Origin: the human T2T-CHM13v2.0 reference genome, Homo sapiens
Strand: one strand, 5' to 3'
Assembly: GCF_009914755.1 (NCBI RefSeq)
Contig: NC_060925.1
Length of the DNA stretch: 64,000 bases
Made by a program: the position numbers and the translations under genes. The notes under the pieces are model-generated. The model was not told where the DNA came from and did no database searches. It was given only the letters and a program-made list of their open reading frames with translations. Below are positions 10,888 through 28,611 of the stretch, piece by piece; the first letter of the stretch is position 1, and each line of letters starts with the position of its first letter.

Positions 10888-13365
10888 ACTTTGCCTATCT
10901 CATTCTCTAAGTTGGATGCCATTTTACAATCCTATCATAGGACTCTGTCATTTGAGAGGAGTCTTATTACTATCTGGGTTGCCAGTGATTAGCCCAGAGC
11001 AGGGATTCCATATTTGTTGAATGAATAAATGGATGAATAAATATATCCTCTAGGGGGTTCAGTTTCCTGGATTTGACTATAGATTGGGCCTCTCTGTTCC
11101 TTCAACTCAGAGCCTGTAGAGTGAACTAAGAACTGTGCCTACAGATACCTCTGAGATTACCTTGTCATAGTTCCCATATATCCCATCCTATTGTAATTCT
11201 TAGATTGTTTTGTCACTGTTCTGGTGTTGGAATGTAGAAAGATTTCTCTATGGGTCCACATGCAAGAAATAGTAAAAACAACTTATGATTCTGGGATTAT
11301 TTGTATAAAACGAACATATGCATAAATAAACTGTTTGGTCCATTTTCAAGCTACCATAGAGGATGTTGTTTTCTAATTCTTTTTTTTCCTTCTCCTCCTT
11401 ATTCTCCCACTCTCATAACCTCAGAACTGCTGGATGAAGAGATCCCCTGTCAAAAGAAGGAAAATCTTAGAGCTGGAGGAGGCTGAGAAACAAAGCAGTG
11501 GTCCCTGAGAACTTTTCCTCTTCCTGGATTTTATAGCCTACTGCATAAAAGTCTTTTCCAGTTTAGAAATGCTCCTTTCTCCGTGAATGCTACTCTCCCT
11601 CCACCATCCATCTGGGAAATGCTGTTTCCCAAATACCCACCTGGAAGCCTCTGTACTCAGCTGGCCATATATGAAAAATGTAGAAGAAGGTTAGCCCTGG
11701 GCACACTGTGGAATACGTGGATTTAAATGCACTGTCTCATGTCCCTTTCCTCCCTGCAACACAGAGAGAAAAGAAGGGACCTTCATCAGTGAATCAGAGG
11801 CAGAACTTCAGGCCAGAGAGATGGAAATATATGGGGTAGGCAGGCCTTTTGTTGATTCATGTCTTCAGGCCACATTACAGAGGCCATTGCCTATTTGACC
11901 TGTTAATCAGAATAGGGTAACATTTATCTTTGGCCAATAAGTTTTAAGATTCTTAAGACTTCCTGTAAATTCCTTAACTTCTTCCAATTACAAAGACTTC
12001 TTAAAGCAAACTGAGGGGCTGGGGTGGTATTGATAAAATTACAGATTTTTTTTTTTGTTATGCAAGTACTTACACACACAGGCTGTTCCTGAGGTTAAGA
12101 AACAATTCTAAACTAGGAAAGACAGTTTGTGAGGACAAGAACAGCAAGGATACTTGCCAATAAGTGGCAGACTCTATTCTTCCTCTTGTCATTTGCTGCA
12201 GAAACATGAGTCATGACCAAACCTTTCCAGATCAGGGAAGGCCTCAGAGTCACCCCAAGATGCTCCCAGATGTGCCCTGTCAGATGTCCTGAGTGTGTCT
12301 GTGAGCTGTCTAAATGTTCTTTCCCTACTTTTAGAGCATTGAGATGGAAAATCCCAAGAATGCATTGCAGTGGGTTCTAGGGCTCCTAATCCTGGTGTAC
12401 TTAGCTGTTTGGTGTTAAATAAAAGGGATTAGAAGAATGCCAATGGAGGCATTGTATATGCAGGCTGTGGTTAGAGGAACAGAGTTACAGATACGTGGGG
12501 CTGTATTCTTCAGGACTGGGGCAGTGAGGGAGAGGTAGAGTTGGAGATCTGAGGGGCATATTTCCCCTTCTGCACCCTTTCTTGCCACAATCTTCTTAAG
12601 AGGTACCAGAAATCTCAATGGTGCAAACATGGCAGCATATTTTGTCTAAGAAAACATTCTGCTTTGATTTTCGGAAGTTGCGATTCTGTAACCGTGATAA
12701 TCTTGTAAAAGTGTTAACAATATAGATAAGTCACGGATTATGACCCACAAAATTAATCCCTCACTGAGAAGGTCTGTAGGTTTTAAAATCAATGATCGAA
12801 CTCCCCTATCCATTTTATGAAGCAACCGTAATTTTAACCTCAGGTTTTAACCAAGAACTAAAATAAAAAGAAAACTTTAGATTATTTTCTTTTATAGATA
12901 GAGGTATAGGGATTGTAAATAAAATATTAGCAGATGGAGGGCCACTTTATAATCAGGTAAGGAAATCAAAAAAGAGGTGGGAATAAAGAGGTGAGTAAAA
13001 AGACATTAAAGACAAGCTCTACTCAATTGTTTGGACCGGAGCATGCCCTGGTGAGATAATTAAATCAAGAAATGAAAGAGAAGAAGGTTGCAGACAACTA
13101 TCAAGCTATGTTATTAGAATAATAGGTGACAGTGGGTCAGATAAGTCAATTTGAATGCCAAATACTAGCATACCTTATGTCAGTGCCCAATACCTTATTT
13201 GGAAATAAAGTTGGATAAACTAGCTAAGTATAAAAATCAATCAATGGTATTTAAGAGGTAGTGAATGCAGTTTAAATAATCAGGAGACTTGGGGACAGCC
13301 TATTTGCTTTGGGACCATAGAGAAGTCACTTAGCTTCTCTGTGAAATGGGGTGGCTATTCTAGTT

Positions 13366-13519
13366 CAGCACTTCCCAAACTTTAATATGCATATGAGTCA
13401 TCTGAAGATTTTTGTTAAAAATGTGGATTTTGGCTCAGTAGGGTCTGGGACTGGTCTGAGATTCTAATGAGGTGAGGCCAGTGCTACTGTTCTGTGGACC
13501 ACACTCTGAATAGTAAGGA
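13366..13519. mobile_element. MER5-like hAT MITE inside a MIR remnant (~13260-13550)
   Basis: CAGCACTTCCCAAACTT...GGACCACACTCTGAATAG termini. MIR-like AAGTCACTTAGCTTCTCTG and CTAGATGATCTC flanks. Confidence 0.6.
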
Positions 13520-14639
13520 TCTAGATGATCTCCATGTCTCTTCCAGTTCAATTAAACATGGTTTTATAACATACTCTTTCGCAAGCAATCAGCTAAAAAC
13601 TTTGTATTATAAGAACGAAGGTAAAATAATGAGAAGAACTACTGTACTAAATAAGAAAAAAATCAAGAGATGTGGGCTCTCAATAGGATGGACCTAGCAG
13701 TTAAGTTTGACTCAGTGACTCAGTGAGTAAGAGAAGCAGAGCCAAGTTAAAATCAGGGAAAGAATCTCAGTCCAAAGAATGTGACCCGAGAGAGGGAAGA
13801 TCAATGGATTACTTAGGAATCCTGTGTGACTGAAAGTCCTTAATGAAGCATCCCTTATACTACAAAGGAACAGAAGGAGTCAGAGCCCTGTCAGCCCTCC
13901 ATCAGTTCCCTCTCAGTCTCCTAGCTTCGTTTGAAGAACATGTTGTCACTATGATCCTTGACATTCCTCCTTAGTCACTTAGTTTCTCTAAAATGCAAAG
14001 ACAGAAAAGGAGTTCATTTGTAAACCCATTATAGAGCGTTCTGAAAAGCCATTCAGATGTTGACTTATAGACATCCTAGTCTTTGGTTTAAGGCCAGGCA
14101 CCAGGAGTAGAGGATCCACAACACAGGTCTCAGGCTTGTCTGAGAACCTGGGAGGGGAAGAAAAACGTGAGGAGGACACAGAAAGATAAACACTCTAAAT
14201 GCCTTCAAAACCAGAAATCTTCCCTATTGCATTTATTCATTGAAACATTGACTTCAGGTTCATGGCAATAATATTTAGTAATCATTGGATATTAAGTAAA
14301 AATTCTATGGGGTTTATAAAGGCAGCATTGTGATTCAATGTAAAAAAGGAAGAAATCAATATTAGGCAGGTTGAGACCATCCAGCTAGTTAGTGTTGGAG
14401 GTAGAACTCAGCCAGCTAGTGTTGGAAGAGATCTCATGTCTCTTCATCCCATCAGTGGGGCTCCCTCTACAGTGTTATGTACCTAGCACCACATGTATTT
14501 AAATATATTGGACTTTGACTTTTCTCAAATACTCCACTAACCTTTTGTATTCATTATGATTATACATTTACAAGATGCTTTGTTTCACTATTTGATAGCA
14601 AAATGTTGTAACAAGTAAATGGTTTCCCATATTGGTGGG

Positions 14640-15137
14640 AGTGACAGTCGTTGTTGGTTGTCAATCCCAGAACATTTACTCTTTCTTCTTCGCTGACACA
14701 TTTTATTTGTCTTCCTCTGAGAATCTGCTTTCTTCAGCAGGGGCTGAGATCTTCTTAGCCTTAGGGCACTGAATCTTAATTGATCTAAGCTAGTTAATAT
14801 AGTGTCACTTGCCAAATGACTGTTGAACTGAGAGCATATGGTGAAACTGTGGCCAATCAGTCACGAAAGGAGGTTGCTTATGCTTTCAAAAAGGCACACA
14901 TTACAGAGATATTCCCTTTTCTTCCTCTGGACTTTGCCTACTACAGGTGATGCCTGGAACTTGGAACCATGAGAATATATTTAATACAATGTGAATAGTA
15001 GAGAAGAAAAAGGGAAAGGACCTGGGTTCTTGATGATGTTACTGAGGCACCAAATCAACCAAATGCAGGACTGCTCTTCCCTCAGATTTTATCTGGGGTT
15101 TCTTTTTTTAGCAGCCAAAAGCATCCCAACAAATACA
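14640..15137 (+). mobile_element. Old ERVL solo LTR (LTR33/LTR16-like)
   Basis: CCTGGGTTCTTGATGATGTTACTGAG and terminal GCAGCCAAAAGCATCCCAACAAATACA. Start is approximate. Confidence 0.55.
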
Positions 15138-15871
15138 GAGTGACGGAGATTCACTCTGCCATAACTGGCATCGAACAACCAGAGTTGAAATCTCAACTGT
15201 ATCACCAACTAGCTTTGTAACCTTGAATGAGTTATTTTCTTTCCAAGAGCCTAACTCCTTATAAAAATACTTTATAAGGTAGAATTTCTAACATAAAATA
15301 TAAAAACACCTGAAAATTATTATTATTACTATTCTATTTATTACTATTACATGATATATAAGAATAACAGCACCATAATCAGACTTCATCATAAGCAATC
15401 TGCAGTGAGAATGCTTTCAAGTCTTTCTCTGTTTCCAGGAAAATCACTGCATCCTGGGACATTTGTACCTCCCCTTTCTCCTAAGGGCACATGACAAAAA
15501 GTCAGGCTGGCTATAGTTTGGAATGAGGGGAATTCAATGGAATATGAGAGCAACATCTCCTGACAAGCAAAAGGGGGCTCATCAGATTGCTTTTGGGGCT
15601 AATGTTCCATGAGAGTATTTCCAGCATTTCACTACATATGCAGGGCTGCAACACACACCAGGTAACTTCCCTTCATTTTCCTTTGCTTTGAGAAGTGGAG
15701 AGCTCACAAATTTCAGGTGAAAGGTCATGTCTTTGATGCGTGGAAAAGAAATATATCTAGGAGCCCAACTGCACTGTATTACTGAAAGCAGCAGTTCCCC
15801 AAGTAGAGATTTTTAAAGGGCTTTCTTCCATTTCATTGTTTGTCCTCACTGCTCCCCTGGACAAGACCACT

Positions 15872-16231
15872 GCCAGTCTTTTCAGGCTGCTATAACAAAG
15901 TAGCACAGACTGCGTGGCACATACACAACAGAAATTTATTTTTCACAGTTTTGGAAGCTGGGAAGCTCAAGATCTGAGTGTTTGCATGATTGGGTTCTGG
16001 TTAGGGCCCTTTTCTAGGTTGTAGACTGCCTTCTTGTTGTATCCTCTTAGGATTGGAAGAGAGTGAGAGAGCTCTTTGTGATTCAGGGTCCTTCTTATAA
16101 GGACAGTAATCCCATTTATGAAAGGTTTACGTATTTGCCTTTCAAAGGCTCCATCACTCAATACCATCACATTGGGAGTTAGGATTTCAACATACGAATT
16201 TTGGGAAGACACGAGCATTCAGTCCATTGCA
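15872..16231 (-). mobile_element. MaLR solo LTR (MLT1A-like)
   Basis: GGCTGCTATAACAAAGTAGCACAGACTG...CAACAGAAATTTATT...GGATTTCAACATACGAATTTTGGG...CATTCAGTCCATTGCA. Confidence 0.8.
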
Positions 16232-16543
16232 ACTACTTCTTAAGCAGCCCCTAAACACCGCAGGACTTGGTTTGTTTACAGCTATAGCCATTTCATTACT
16301 CTTTTTGTTACAATAGTAAGGGCCAGAGGAGCTCTACATTTTGTATGTTGTTTGTATTAGAAATAGCCTCTTGTTTTGGGCTGAAAATAAGAGTGTTGGA
16401 TGTGTATAACACCTGTGAGGACACTCTCACTGCTGTTTGTTGTGAAAGCTCTGGAGAGGATTGGCACTGGGTTTGGACTGCATAATGAGGAAGAGGGTCC
16501 CATGGGATCATTTCTTGGCCCAGTTTCATCCCAGAGCTCACTG

Positions 16544-16576
<33 letters not shown>

Positions 16577-17394
16577 TGGAAGGTCAAGAAATAAGGAGCT
16601 GGGCCTATGGACATCTGCCTGGAGTGGTAGTTCCAAATTGGTATTTCTCCTCTGGAGGTTTAGTTTCAAATTTAATTAGCTAATTCATGATGGTAAATTA
16701 CCTTCATTAATTAATGAATACTAAAGTGCTCTGACTAAACAAAGCACTAAGCATAATTTCAGGGCAGTTAATATCTGGTCTAACTATGAGGACCAATTTG
16801 GGAAAGAGATTTTTACAGCAATAATATAAATAACAATAATAGTTATTTAATGATTTGGACTGAAACCTTCTCTTGGTCTGGAACATTCTCTTAGAGGAGC
16901 ATCTTATACAGTCTCTAGTTTCCTTAGTGAAAAGACTTGCTGAAAAGACTTCTTTGCCAGAAGCATCCCTGGAGGAGGAAGACCTTGTGAGAGAGCGGCA
17001 AGTGTGCCTTTACAGTCCAGTGGGTAATACAAAAAAGTAAACAAACAGTTATTATCCAGGAAGATATATGCTGTGATAGGGAGTTATCCAAGGAGCTGTA
17101 GGATCACAGGAGGGGGTCTTGGAAGTGTCCCAATGGAGGTGAGAGCTCCTGGTGAGAGATGAGCAGGAGTTCCTCAGGCATAGATAGGAATGGGGAGAGG
17201 GTTAGAAGGGCAAATGTGTGTGTATGTGTGTGTGTGGGGTGGGTGGGGGATAGAGGGAGAGGGAGAGTGCAAGTGCAAAGGAGAATCTAACACATTTTGA
17301 AAACTGGAAGTTGAATGTGTTTGGAAGGGCATCAAGAGACTGAATAAAATTTGAACACATGCATTATCTTTCATCCCTGACAAAACTCTATTAA

Positions 17395-17706
<312 letters not shown>

Positions 17707-17998
17707 AATAATAGGGTTTTAAAAAATATATATATAAATATGAGAACAAACAGAACAGGAAAAAGACAATAGTAACAAAATTTTTAGAAGCTAAGCCATA
17801 CGTGGAAGACTGTCAACTGATTTAGCATACTGGAGAAAGTGGAATTTGAACCTTAAGTAAGCAGTGGACAAACTAAGCAGGAAGCTGGTTTGAACCAGGG
17901 ATTGCCCTGCAAAAATCTTAAGAAACAGAGATAATAGACACTCTGGAACTAGACCTAAAGGAAGATGTAAAACCAGGAGGATTATTTCAAATTCCTTT

Positions 17999-18180
17999 TT
18001 GTGTTTGTTTGTTTTTGAGAGACTGAGTCTCACTCTGTCGCTCTGTTTCCCAGACTGGAGTACAGTGGCACAGTCACGGCTCACTTCAGTCTTGACCTTT
18101 TCAGCTCAAGTGATCCTCCCATCTAGCCTCCCGAGTAGCTGGGGCCACAGGCACATGCACCACAGTCTGCTAATTTTTAA
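17999..18180 (-). mobile_element. AluJ right arm (left arm at 24465-24602); split by the L1PA insertion
   Basis: GCTCAAGTGATCCTCCCA is J-type. Alu TSD TCAAATTC(C)TT at ~17987 and 24603. Confidence 0.85.
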
Positions 18181-18519
18181 TTTTTTTTATTATTATACTT
18201 TAAGTTCTAGGGTACATGTGCACAACGTGCAGGTTTGTTACATAGGTATACATGGGCCATGTTGGTTTGGTGCACCCATCACCTCGTCATTTACATTAGG
18301 TATTTCTCCAAATGCTATTCCTCCCCCAACCCTCCGCCCCACAACAGATCCTGGTGTGTGATGTTCCTCTCCCTGTGTCCACTTGGTTTCATTGTTCAAC
18401 TCCCACTTATGAGTGAGAACATGCGGTGTTTGGTTTTCTGTCCTTGTGATATTTTGCGAGAATGATGGTTTCCAGTTTCATCCATGTCCCTGCAAAGGAC
18501 ATGAACTCATTCTTTTTTA

Positions 18520-22347
<3,828 letters not shown>

Positions 22348-22410
22348 TATGATGCTAGCTGGTTATTTCACCCATTAATTGATGCAGTTTCTTCACAGCG
22401 TTGATGGTCT

Positions 22411-23431
22411 TTACAATTTGGCATGTTTTTACAGTGGCTGGTACTGGTTGTTCCTTTCCATGTTTAGTGCTTCCTTCAGAAGCTCTTGTAAGGCAGGCCT
22501 GGTGGTGACAAAATCTCTCAGCATTTGCTTGTCTGTAAAGGATTTTAATTCTCCTTCACCTATGAAGCTTAGTTTAGCTAGATATAAAATTCTGGGTTGA
22601 AAATTATTTCTTTAAGAGTGTTGAATATTGGCCCCCACTCTCTTCTGGCTTGTAGGGTTTCTGCAGAGAGATCCGCTGTTAGTCTGATGGGCTTCCCTTT
22701 GTGGGTAACCCGACCTTGCTCTCTGGCTGCCCTTAACATTTATTCCTTATTTCAACCTTGGTGAATCTGACAATTATGTATCTTGGGGTTGCTCTTCTTG
22801 AGGAGTATCTTTGTGGCATTCTCTGTATTTCCTGAATTTGAATGTTGGCTTGCCTTGCTAGGTTGGGGAAGTTCTCCTGGATAATATCCTGAAGAGTGTT
22901 TTCTAATTTGGTTCCATTCTCTCTGTCACTTTCAGGTACACCAATCAAATGTAGATTTGGTCTTTTCACGTAGTCCCATATTTCTTGGAGGTTTTGTACA
23001 TTTCTTTTCACGCTTTTTTCTCTAATCTTGTCTTCTTGCTTTATTTCATTAATATGATCTTCAATCACTGATATCCTTTCTTCTGCTTGATCGAATCAGC
23101 TATTGAAGCATGTGTTTGCTTCACAAAGTTCTTGTACTGTGGTTTTCAGCTCCATCAGGTCATTGAAGCTCTTCTTTACACTGGTTATTCTAGTTAGCCA
23201 TTTGTCTAACCTTTTTACAAGGTTTTTAGCTTTCTTGCGATGGGTTAGAACATGCTCCTTTAGCTTGGAGAAGTTTGTTATTACCGACCTTCTGAAGCCT
23301 ATTTCTGTCAACTCATCAAACTCATTCTCCATCCAGTTTTGTTCCCTTGCTGGTGAAGAGTTGTGTTCCTTTGGAGAAGAGGTGTTCTGGTTTTTGGAAT
23401 TTTCAGCCTTCCTGCTCTGGTTTCTCCCCAT
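22411..23431 (-). pseudogene. L1 ORF1 (disrupted)
   Basis: MGRNQSRKAENSKNQ start (ORF 23096-23431); EIWDYVKRPNL and ENFPNLARQ (ORF 22733-23068); frameshifts. Confidence 0.9.
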
Positions 23432-24464
23432 CTTTGTGGTTTTTATCTACCTTTGGTCTTTGATGTTGGTGACGTATGGATGGGGTTTGGTGTGGATGTC
23501 CTTGTTGTTGATGTTGATGCTATTCCTTTCTGTTTGCTAGTTTTCCTTCTAACAGACAGGCCCCATAGCTGCAGGTCTGTTGGAGTTTGCTTGAGGTCCA
23601 TTCCAGACCCTGTTTGCCTGAGTGTCACCAGTGGAGGCTGCAGAATAGCAAATATTGCTGCCTGATCCTTTCTCTAGAAGCTTCATTCCAGAGGGACACC
23701 TGCCTGTATGAGGTGTCTGTTGGCTCCCACTGGGAGGTGTCTCCCAGTCAGGCTACATGGGGTTCAGGGACCCACTTGAGGAGGCAGTCTGTTTGTTATT
23801 GGAGCTTGAGCACCGTGCTGGGAGAACCACTGCTCTCTTCAGAGCTGTCAGGCAGGGAAGTTTAAGTCTGCAGAAGTTGCTGCATTTTGTTCAGATATGC
23901 CACCCCCAGAGGTGGAATCTAGAGAGGCAGTAGGCCTTGCTGAGCTGCAGTGGGCTCCGCCAAGTTTGAGCTTCCCTGCCACTTTGTTTACACTGTGAGC
24001 ATAGAACCACCTACTCAAGCCTCAGCAATGGCGGATGCCTCTCCCCCTGCCAAGTTCCAGCGTCCCAGGTCGATCTCAGACTGTTGTGTTAGCAGTGAGC
24101 AAGGCTCTGTGGGCATTGGACCCACTGAGCCAGGCATGGGAGGGAATCTCCTGTTCTACCAGTTGCGATGACCATGAGAAAAGTGCAGTATTTGGGCAGA
24201 AGTGTACCATTCCTCCAGGTACAGTCACTCATGGCTTTCTTTGGCTAAGAAAGGGGAATCCCCGAACCCCTTGTGCTTCTCAGGTGAGGCGATGCTCTTT
24301 CCTGCTTCGGCTCACCCTCTGTGGGCTGTACCCACTGTCCAACCAGTCCTAGTGAGATGAACCAGGTACCCAGTTAGAAATGCAGAAATCACCCATCTTC
24401 TGTGTCAATCTTACTGGGAGCTGTAGACCGGAGCTGTTCCTATATGGCCATCTTGGAAGCAACC

Positions 24465-24602
24465 ATGTAATTTTTTATTTTTTTGTACAGATGAGGTTTC
24501 ACTGTGTTTCCAAGGCTGGTCATGAACTCCTGGGCTCAAGTGATTCTCTTGTCTCATCCTATCAAAGGGAGGGAATAGAAGCATGAGCCACAACACCTGG
24601 CC
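24465..24602 (-). mobile_element. AluJ left arm
   Basis: GAACTCCTGGGCTCAAGTGAT...GAGCCACAACACCTGGCC; continues the arm at 17999-18180. Confidence 0.85.
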
Positions 24603-26465
24603 TCAAATTCTTATAAAGAAAGATTTGGACTCCCAAATCATTTCTCCTTTGTAATAAGATGAATTCCTACTTCAACTCTGACAGAAGACTGGAGGATTAT
24701 TCTCTTAAGGGAATAAATTAGATGCCATGTAGAGTTGGGTATGGGAATATCATATGGAAAATGTGGTGAGTTAGCAAAAGTTTACATATTGAAACTGAAA
24801 CACCCTAAGTCTTCATCTCCTAACAGGCTCTTAGAATTTTAATAGTCATCTTTATACTAGAGAAGGAGATTAAAAAAGCCTTCTCTGGAAGTATGACTAA
24901 CCCAAGAAAAATGATCCAAAGTTACAACATCAGGGCTTTACCAGGGAGCCCAGTGAGATACCAACAATGAAGATTACAAGTTCATCCACAGACTGAGAGT
25001 TTCCAATCAACTTCTTCGAGCACCAAGGATTGGCTGAGAAAAGCTACAAATATAAAAGACAGAGATAAAAACAAACAGAAATAAGCAGCTTAGACAAGGT
25101 AGAGAACAAAGGAAGAAAAAACCTAAATAATATACTGTAATTAATATCCATAGGAAGGCAAAAGAGGGTACTGCCTCAAAGAAACAGGAATATGATGCTA
25201 TAAAAATAACACCCAGAGAACAAAAAGAGAGCTCTTGGAAATTAAAGATGTAAAAGTAGAAATAAAAATTTCAGTAGAAGCTTTGGAATATAAGGTTAAT
25301 GAACTCTCCCAGAAAGAAGAATATAAAAGCAAAAGGAAATAGGAGAGAAAAGATTTTAAAAACTGTCCATCATCCAAATAAAAATTTCCAGACAGAGAGA
25401 AAAGGTACATTGAAGAGAAAGAAAGTATCAATAATTAAATCAGAAAATTTCTTAGAACCAAAAGACATGAGTACCAGAGTTCTGTACAATGAATGAAAAT
25501 AAAATCACACAGAGGGTCATCACTGTGCAATTTCAGAATAACACAAATAAAAAATGAAAATCTACAATTTTTGAGATGGGGGAAAAGATGTCATACAAAG
25601 GATCAAGATTCAGAATTACATCAGACTTCTCCTTATCAGCATTGAAAACTGGAAGGTAATGGAATGATGCCTCCAAAATATGGAGGGACAGCAATAAAAC
25701 TTAAAACTCTATACCACCCAAATTCCTACTTAGGGTAAATTAAAGACGTTTTGAGACATGAAACATTTTAAAAATCTGCTAACATACATCTTTTATTAGG
25801 AAGCTAGTGGAGGGTGTGATCCACCAAAATGAGGGAGTAATACCATGTAAGAGAAAACTGTGCAATCCAGGAAACAAAGGATCAAACAACAGAGAGAGTT
25901 GAGTGGCATCCCCATAATGATGGTGAGCAGACTTAACAAGATGAACAATCTTGTAATATAGTTGGACAGCTGGAAGCTCAGGATGGAGCTGGTTAGAAGG
26001 CTTCAGGATGGTTTCCTCAAGAAACAGAAATTGATAGAAAATTGATAGGATACCTAATATACCAAGAGGGGTTATACAATTGGTGGAAATGTGAATGAAG
26101 ACCATGAGTCTACCCCTAGACATAGAGCTTTCAATCAGCTGAATTACTGGTAAGTATACAGAAAAAACTAAAGGTGCATTCATAAAAATCTAAGCAAATA
26201 AACAAAAGACAACTAACTTCAAGGAAACCAGAAAGTTTTGCAAGAAAGGAAAAGTCATTATAGTACATTACATGGCTCAGTTACAAAACATGTTTACATA
26301 GTCATCATAATATAAGCAAGTAATATTTATGCTACCAAAATTCTAAATTACAAGTAGGGTGGAGGGATGGAAAGTGTATGCTGGAAACAGGGATGTATGT
26401 GAGAGAGAACATCCTATCCTCATCTTCTACAGTAGAAAATCAATAGGTTACATCTAATAATGGAA
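24603..26465 (+). mobile_element. Ancient L1M (L1ME-like) 5'/ORF1 remnant; probably continuous with ~17750-17990
   Basis: A-rich ORF1-like sequence (CAGAATTACATCAGACTTCTC...GGAATGATGCCTCCAAAAT...AAAGACGTTTTGAGACATG). Confidence 0.6.
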
Positions 26466-26479
26466 AAATCAGGAAGTAG

Positions 26480-27200
26480 TAATATAGTGATGGTCTTTAT
26501 CAAGATAGGTAACACAGGGGAGAGGAATTATGAGGGCTGTAATAAGATGTATTGTTGAATTGGGGGTTTTGAGATATCTGTGAAACAACCAAGTGGAGAT
26601 GTCTGCTAGGCAGTTGGCTTTATGGGTCCAGTGCCAATCAGCTTGAAGAAGGGTTCTTGGAAGGAATTAAGTCCTACATAAAATTATTTGCATGACTATT
26701 TTTCTCAATTATTTCCCAGAATGATTGATAACTACTCACATTCTAAATACATAGGAGAGAAGTCCATTAATGATATACAAGTCATACCTAAGGGCACTAG
26801 AGCTTAATGTCCTTGCAAAAGCAACTGAGAAGGGCTGATCGGTACTGTGGGAAATAGAGATTTGAACTCATTGTCTGTCTTGTCTGGGGAGTAGATGAAA
26901 CTGGAAGAGGGCCAAGGATAACTGCTAGGGGACACTAACAGTTTAGAGATGGGCAGGGCAAGAAGCAACTACAAAGAGACTAAGGAGTAATAAGAAATAC
27001 TCGAGAACATGGCATCTAGAAGATACAGAAGGGATTTTGAAAGAGAAGGTACATGGGAGGCGCCAACAGATGCAGAGAAGTTACATGAAGTAAGGACTAT
27101 AAGGGGACTATTGATTTTACCTATAAGGAAGTTGTGAGTGACCTTAGTTGAAGCAGTTCACTGGAGTAGGTGGTATTCAGAAGCCAGATTTCAGTGTACT
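26480..27200 (-). mobile_element. LINE-2 fragments
   Basis: GTTTTGAGATATCTGTGAAACAACCAAGTGGAGATGTC...AGGCAGTTGG and GTGACCTTAG...GAAGCCAGATT motifs. Confidence 0.6.
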
Positions 27201-27679
27201 TGGAACCCAGCAATCGGTCAACCGAAACTAGCTGTTTCTTAATGCCCATCTCTGAACCAAAGCTAACATTTCATTCATGTTCCAAGTCACATCTAGGAGG
27301 GAACCGTGTTTTCACCCAGGAGACCACTTAGACACACAACATTGGGTTTCCACAACAACTTTATGAGAACATTTCTAGGGATTCAGGGACCCTGGCCAAT
27401 CTTATTATTGCATTCTTTAGATTGTTATTTTTATGTTTTTTTTTTCTTTTTTGTGAAAGCTGACATGGGATGAGTCCTAAACTGACCAGGGGAAGAGTGT
27501 GTTGTATTACCTTGTTGTTTAAGTAATCTCTCAACATGGGCCAAGAACTACTGCTAGAAAAGTAAGAGCTTCCCTGTAATAGAACAGGTGCTATTCATCT
27601 GTCACTGAAACTTCAGGTGGTATGACCTTACTACTCCAAATATCTGTCATTATTTATCATTTATTCATTTATTCAAATA

Positions 27680-28220
27680 CAGTAGTCTCCCCTTTATCCA
27701 CCAGGGATAAGTCCCAAAGCTCCCAATGGATGCCTAAAACTGTGGATAGAACAGACTTTTATATATACAATGTTTATTTTCCTGTACATGCATGCCTATG
27801 ATAAAGTTAAATTTATAAATTAGTCACAGTAAGAGATTAACAACAACAATAATAAAATAGGACAATTATAACAATATGACAGCATCACTACTCTTGCACT
27901 TTGGGGCCATTATAAGTAAAATAAGAATGACCTAAACACAAGCACTGTGATACTGAGATAGCTAATCTTATCACTGAGACGGCTACTAAGTGGACTAATG
28001 GTCAGGTACTATATACAGTGTAGATACACTGGACAAAGGGAGGACTCATGTCCTGGGTGGGATGGAGGGAGACAGGGCTAGATTCCATCCCTCTACTCAG
28101 AACGCCACGTGATTTAAAACTATGAATTGTCATTTTCTGGGATTTTCCATTTAATATTTTCAGATCATAGGTAATACTAAAGTCATGGAAAGCAAAACTG
28201 CAGAGAAGGGAAGACTATTT
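27680..28220 (+). mobile_element. MER44B-like (Tigger7-derived) DNA transposon
   Basis: TA-flanked TIRs CAGTAGTCTCCCCTTTATCC / GAGAAGGGAAGACTATTT; internal TATGATAAAGTTAAATTTATAAATTAG; ~540 bp. Confidence 0.8.
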
Positions 28221-28611
28221 TATTTACAGTATCCTAGGAGTTATAGAGATAAAACATGGAGCAAATATGAATCATGCTCTCAAGAAGTTTATAGCAAAGG
28301 GATGGTTCATGAGCCCAAGTAGCACTGGTACAAGGTAAAAAGGACTAGAGGACCTTCTTCTTCTGGAGGGTCTTCTATCCAAATCAGCCATACACAGGAG
28401 GACTAAAGTGGGGTGGGGTCTCCTATGAAGTGTATTAATGGTTTTGCCCTGACGTTGTCCCCCATCTGATCTAAGTGTTACCTCAGTTTTTCCAAAGTGG
28501 TATGGGTTGTGAACTCTCAGCCTACAGGACTGCTTTCAAATTGTGTAGCTGTGCCTCATATGCAAATAGAGGGTGAATTGGAGGCTCCATCTGAAGCTTG
28601 TTTTTGGAGTT

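Noticed and set aside
16544-16573. 30-nt poly(T) as the tail of a retrocopy
   Set aside because: No recognisable retroposed body or TSD next to it; treated as a simple mononucleotide run.
11100-16900. Protein-coding exons in the least repetitive stretch
   Set aside because: No ORF resembles a protein I recognise and splice-like signals alone are insufficient. Small exons cannot be excluded without alignment.
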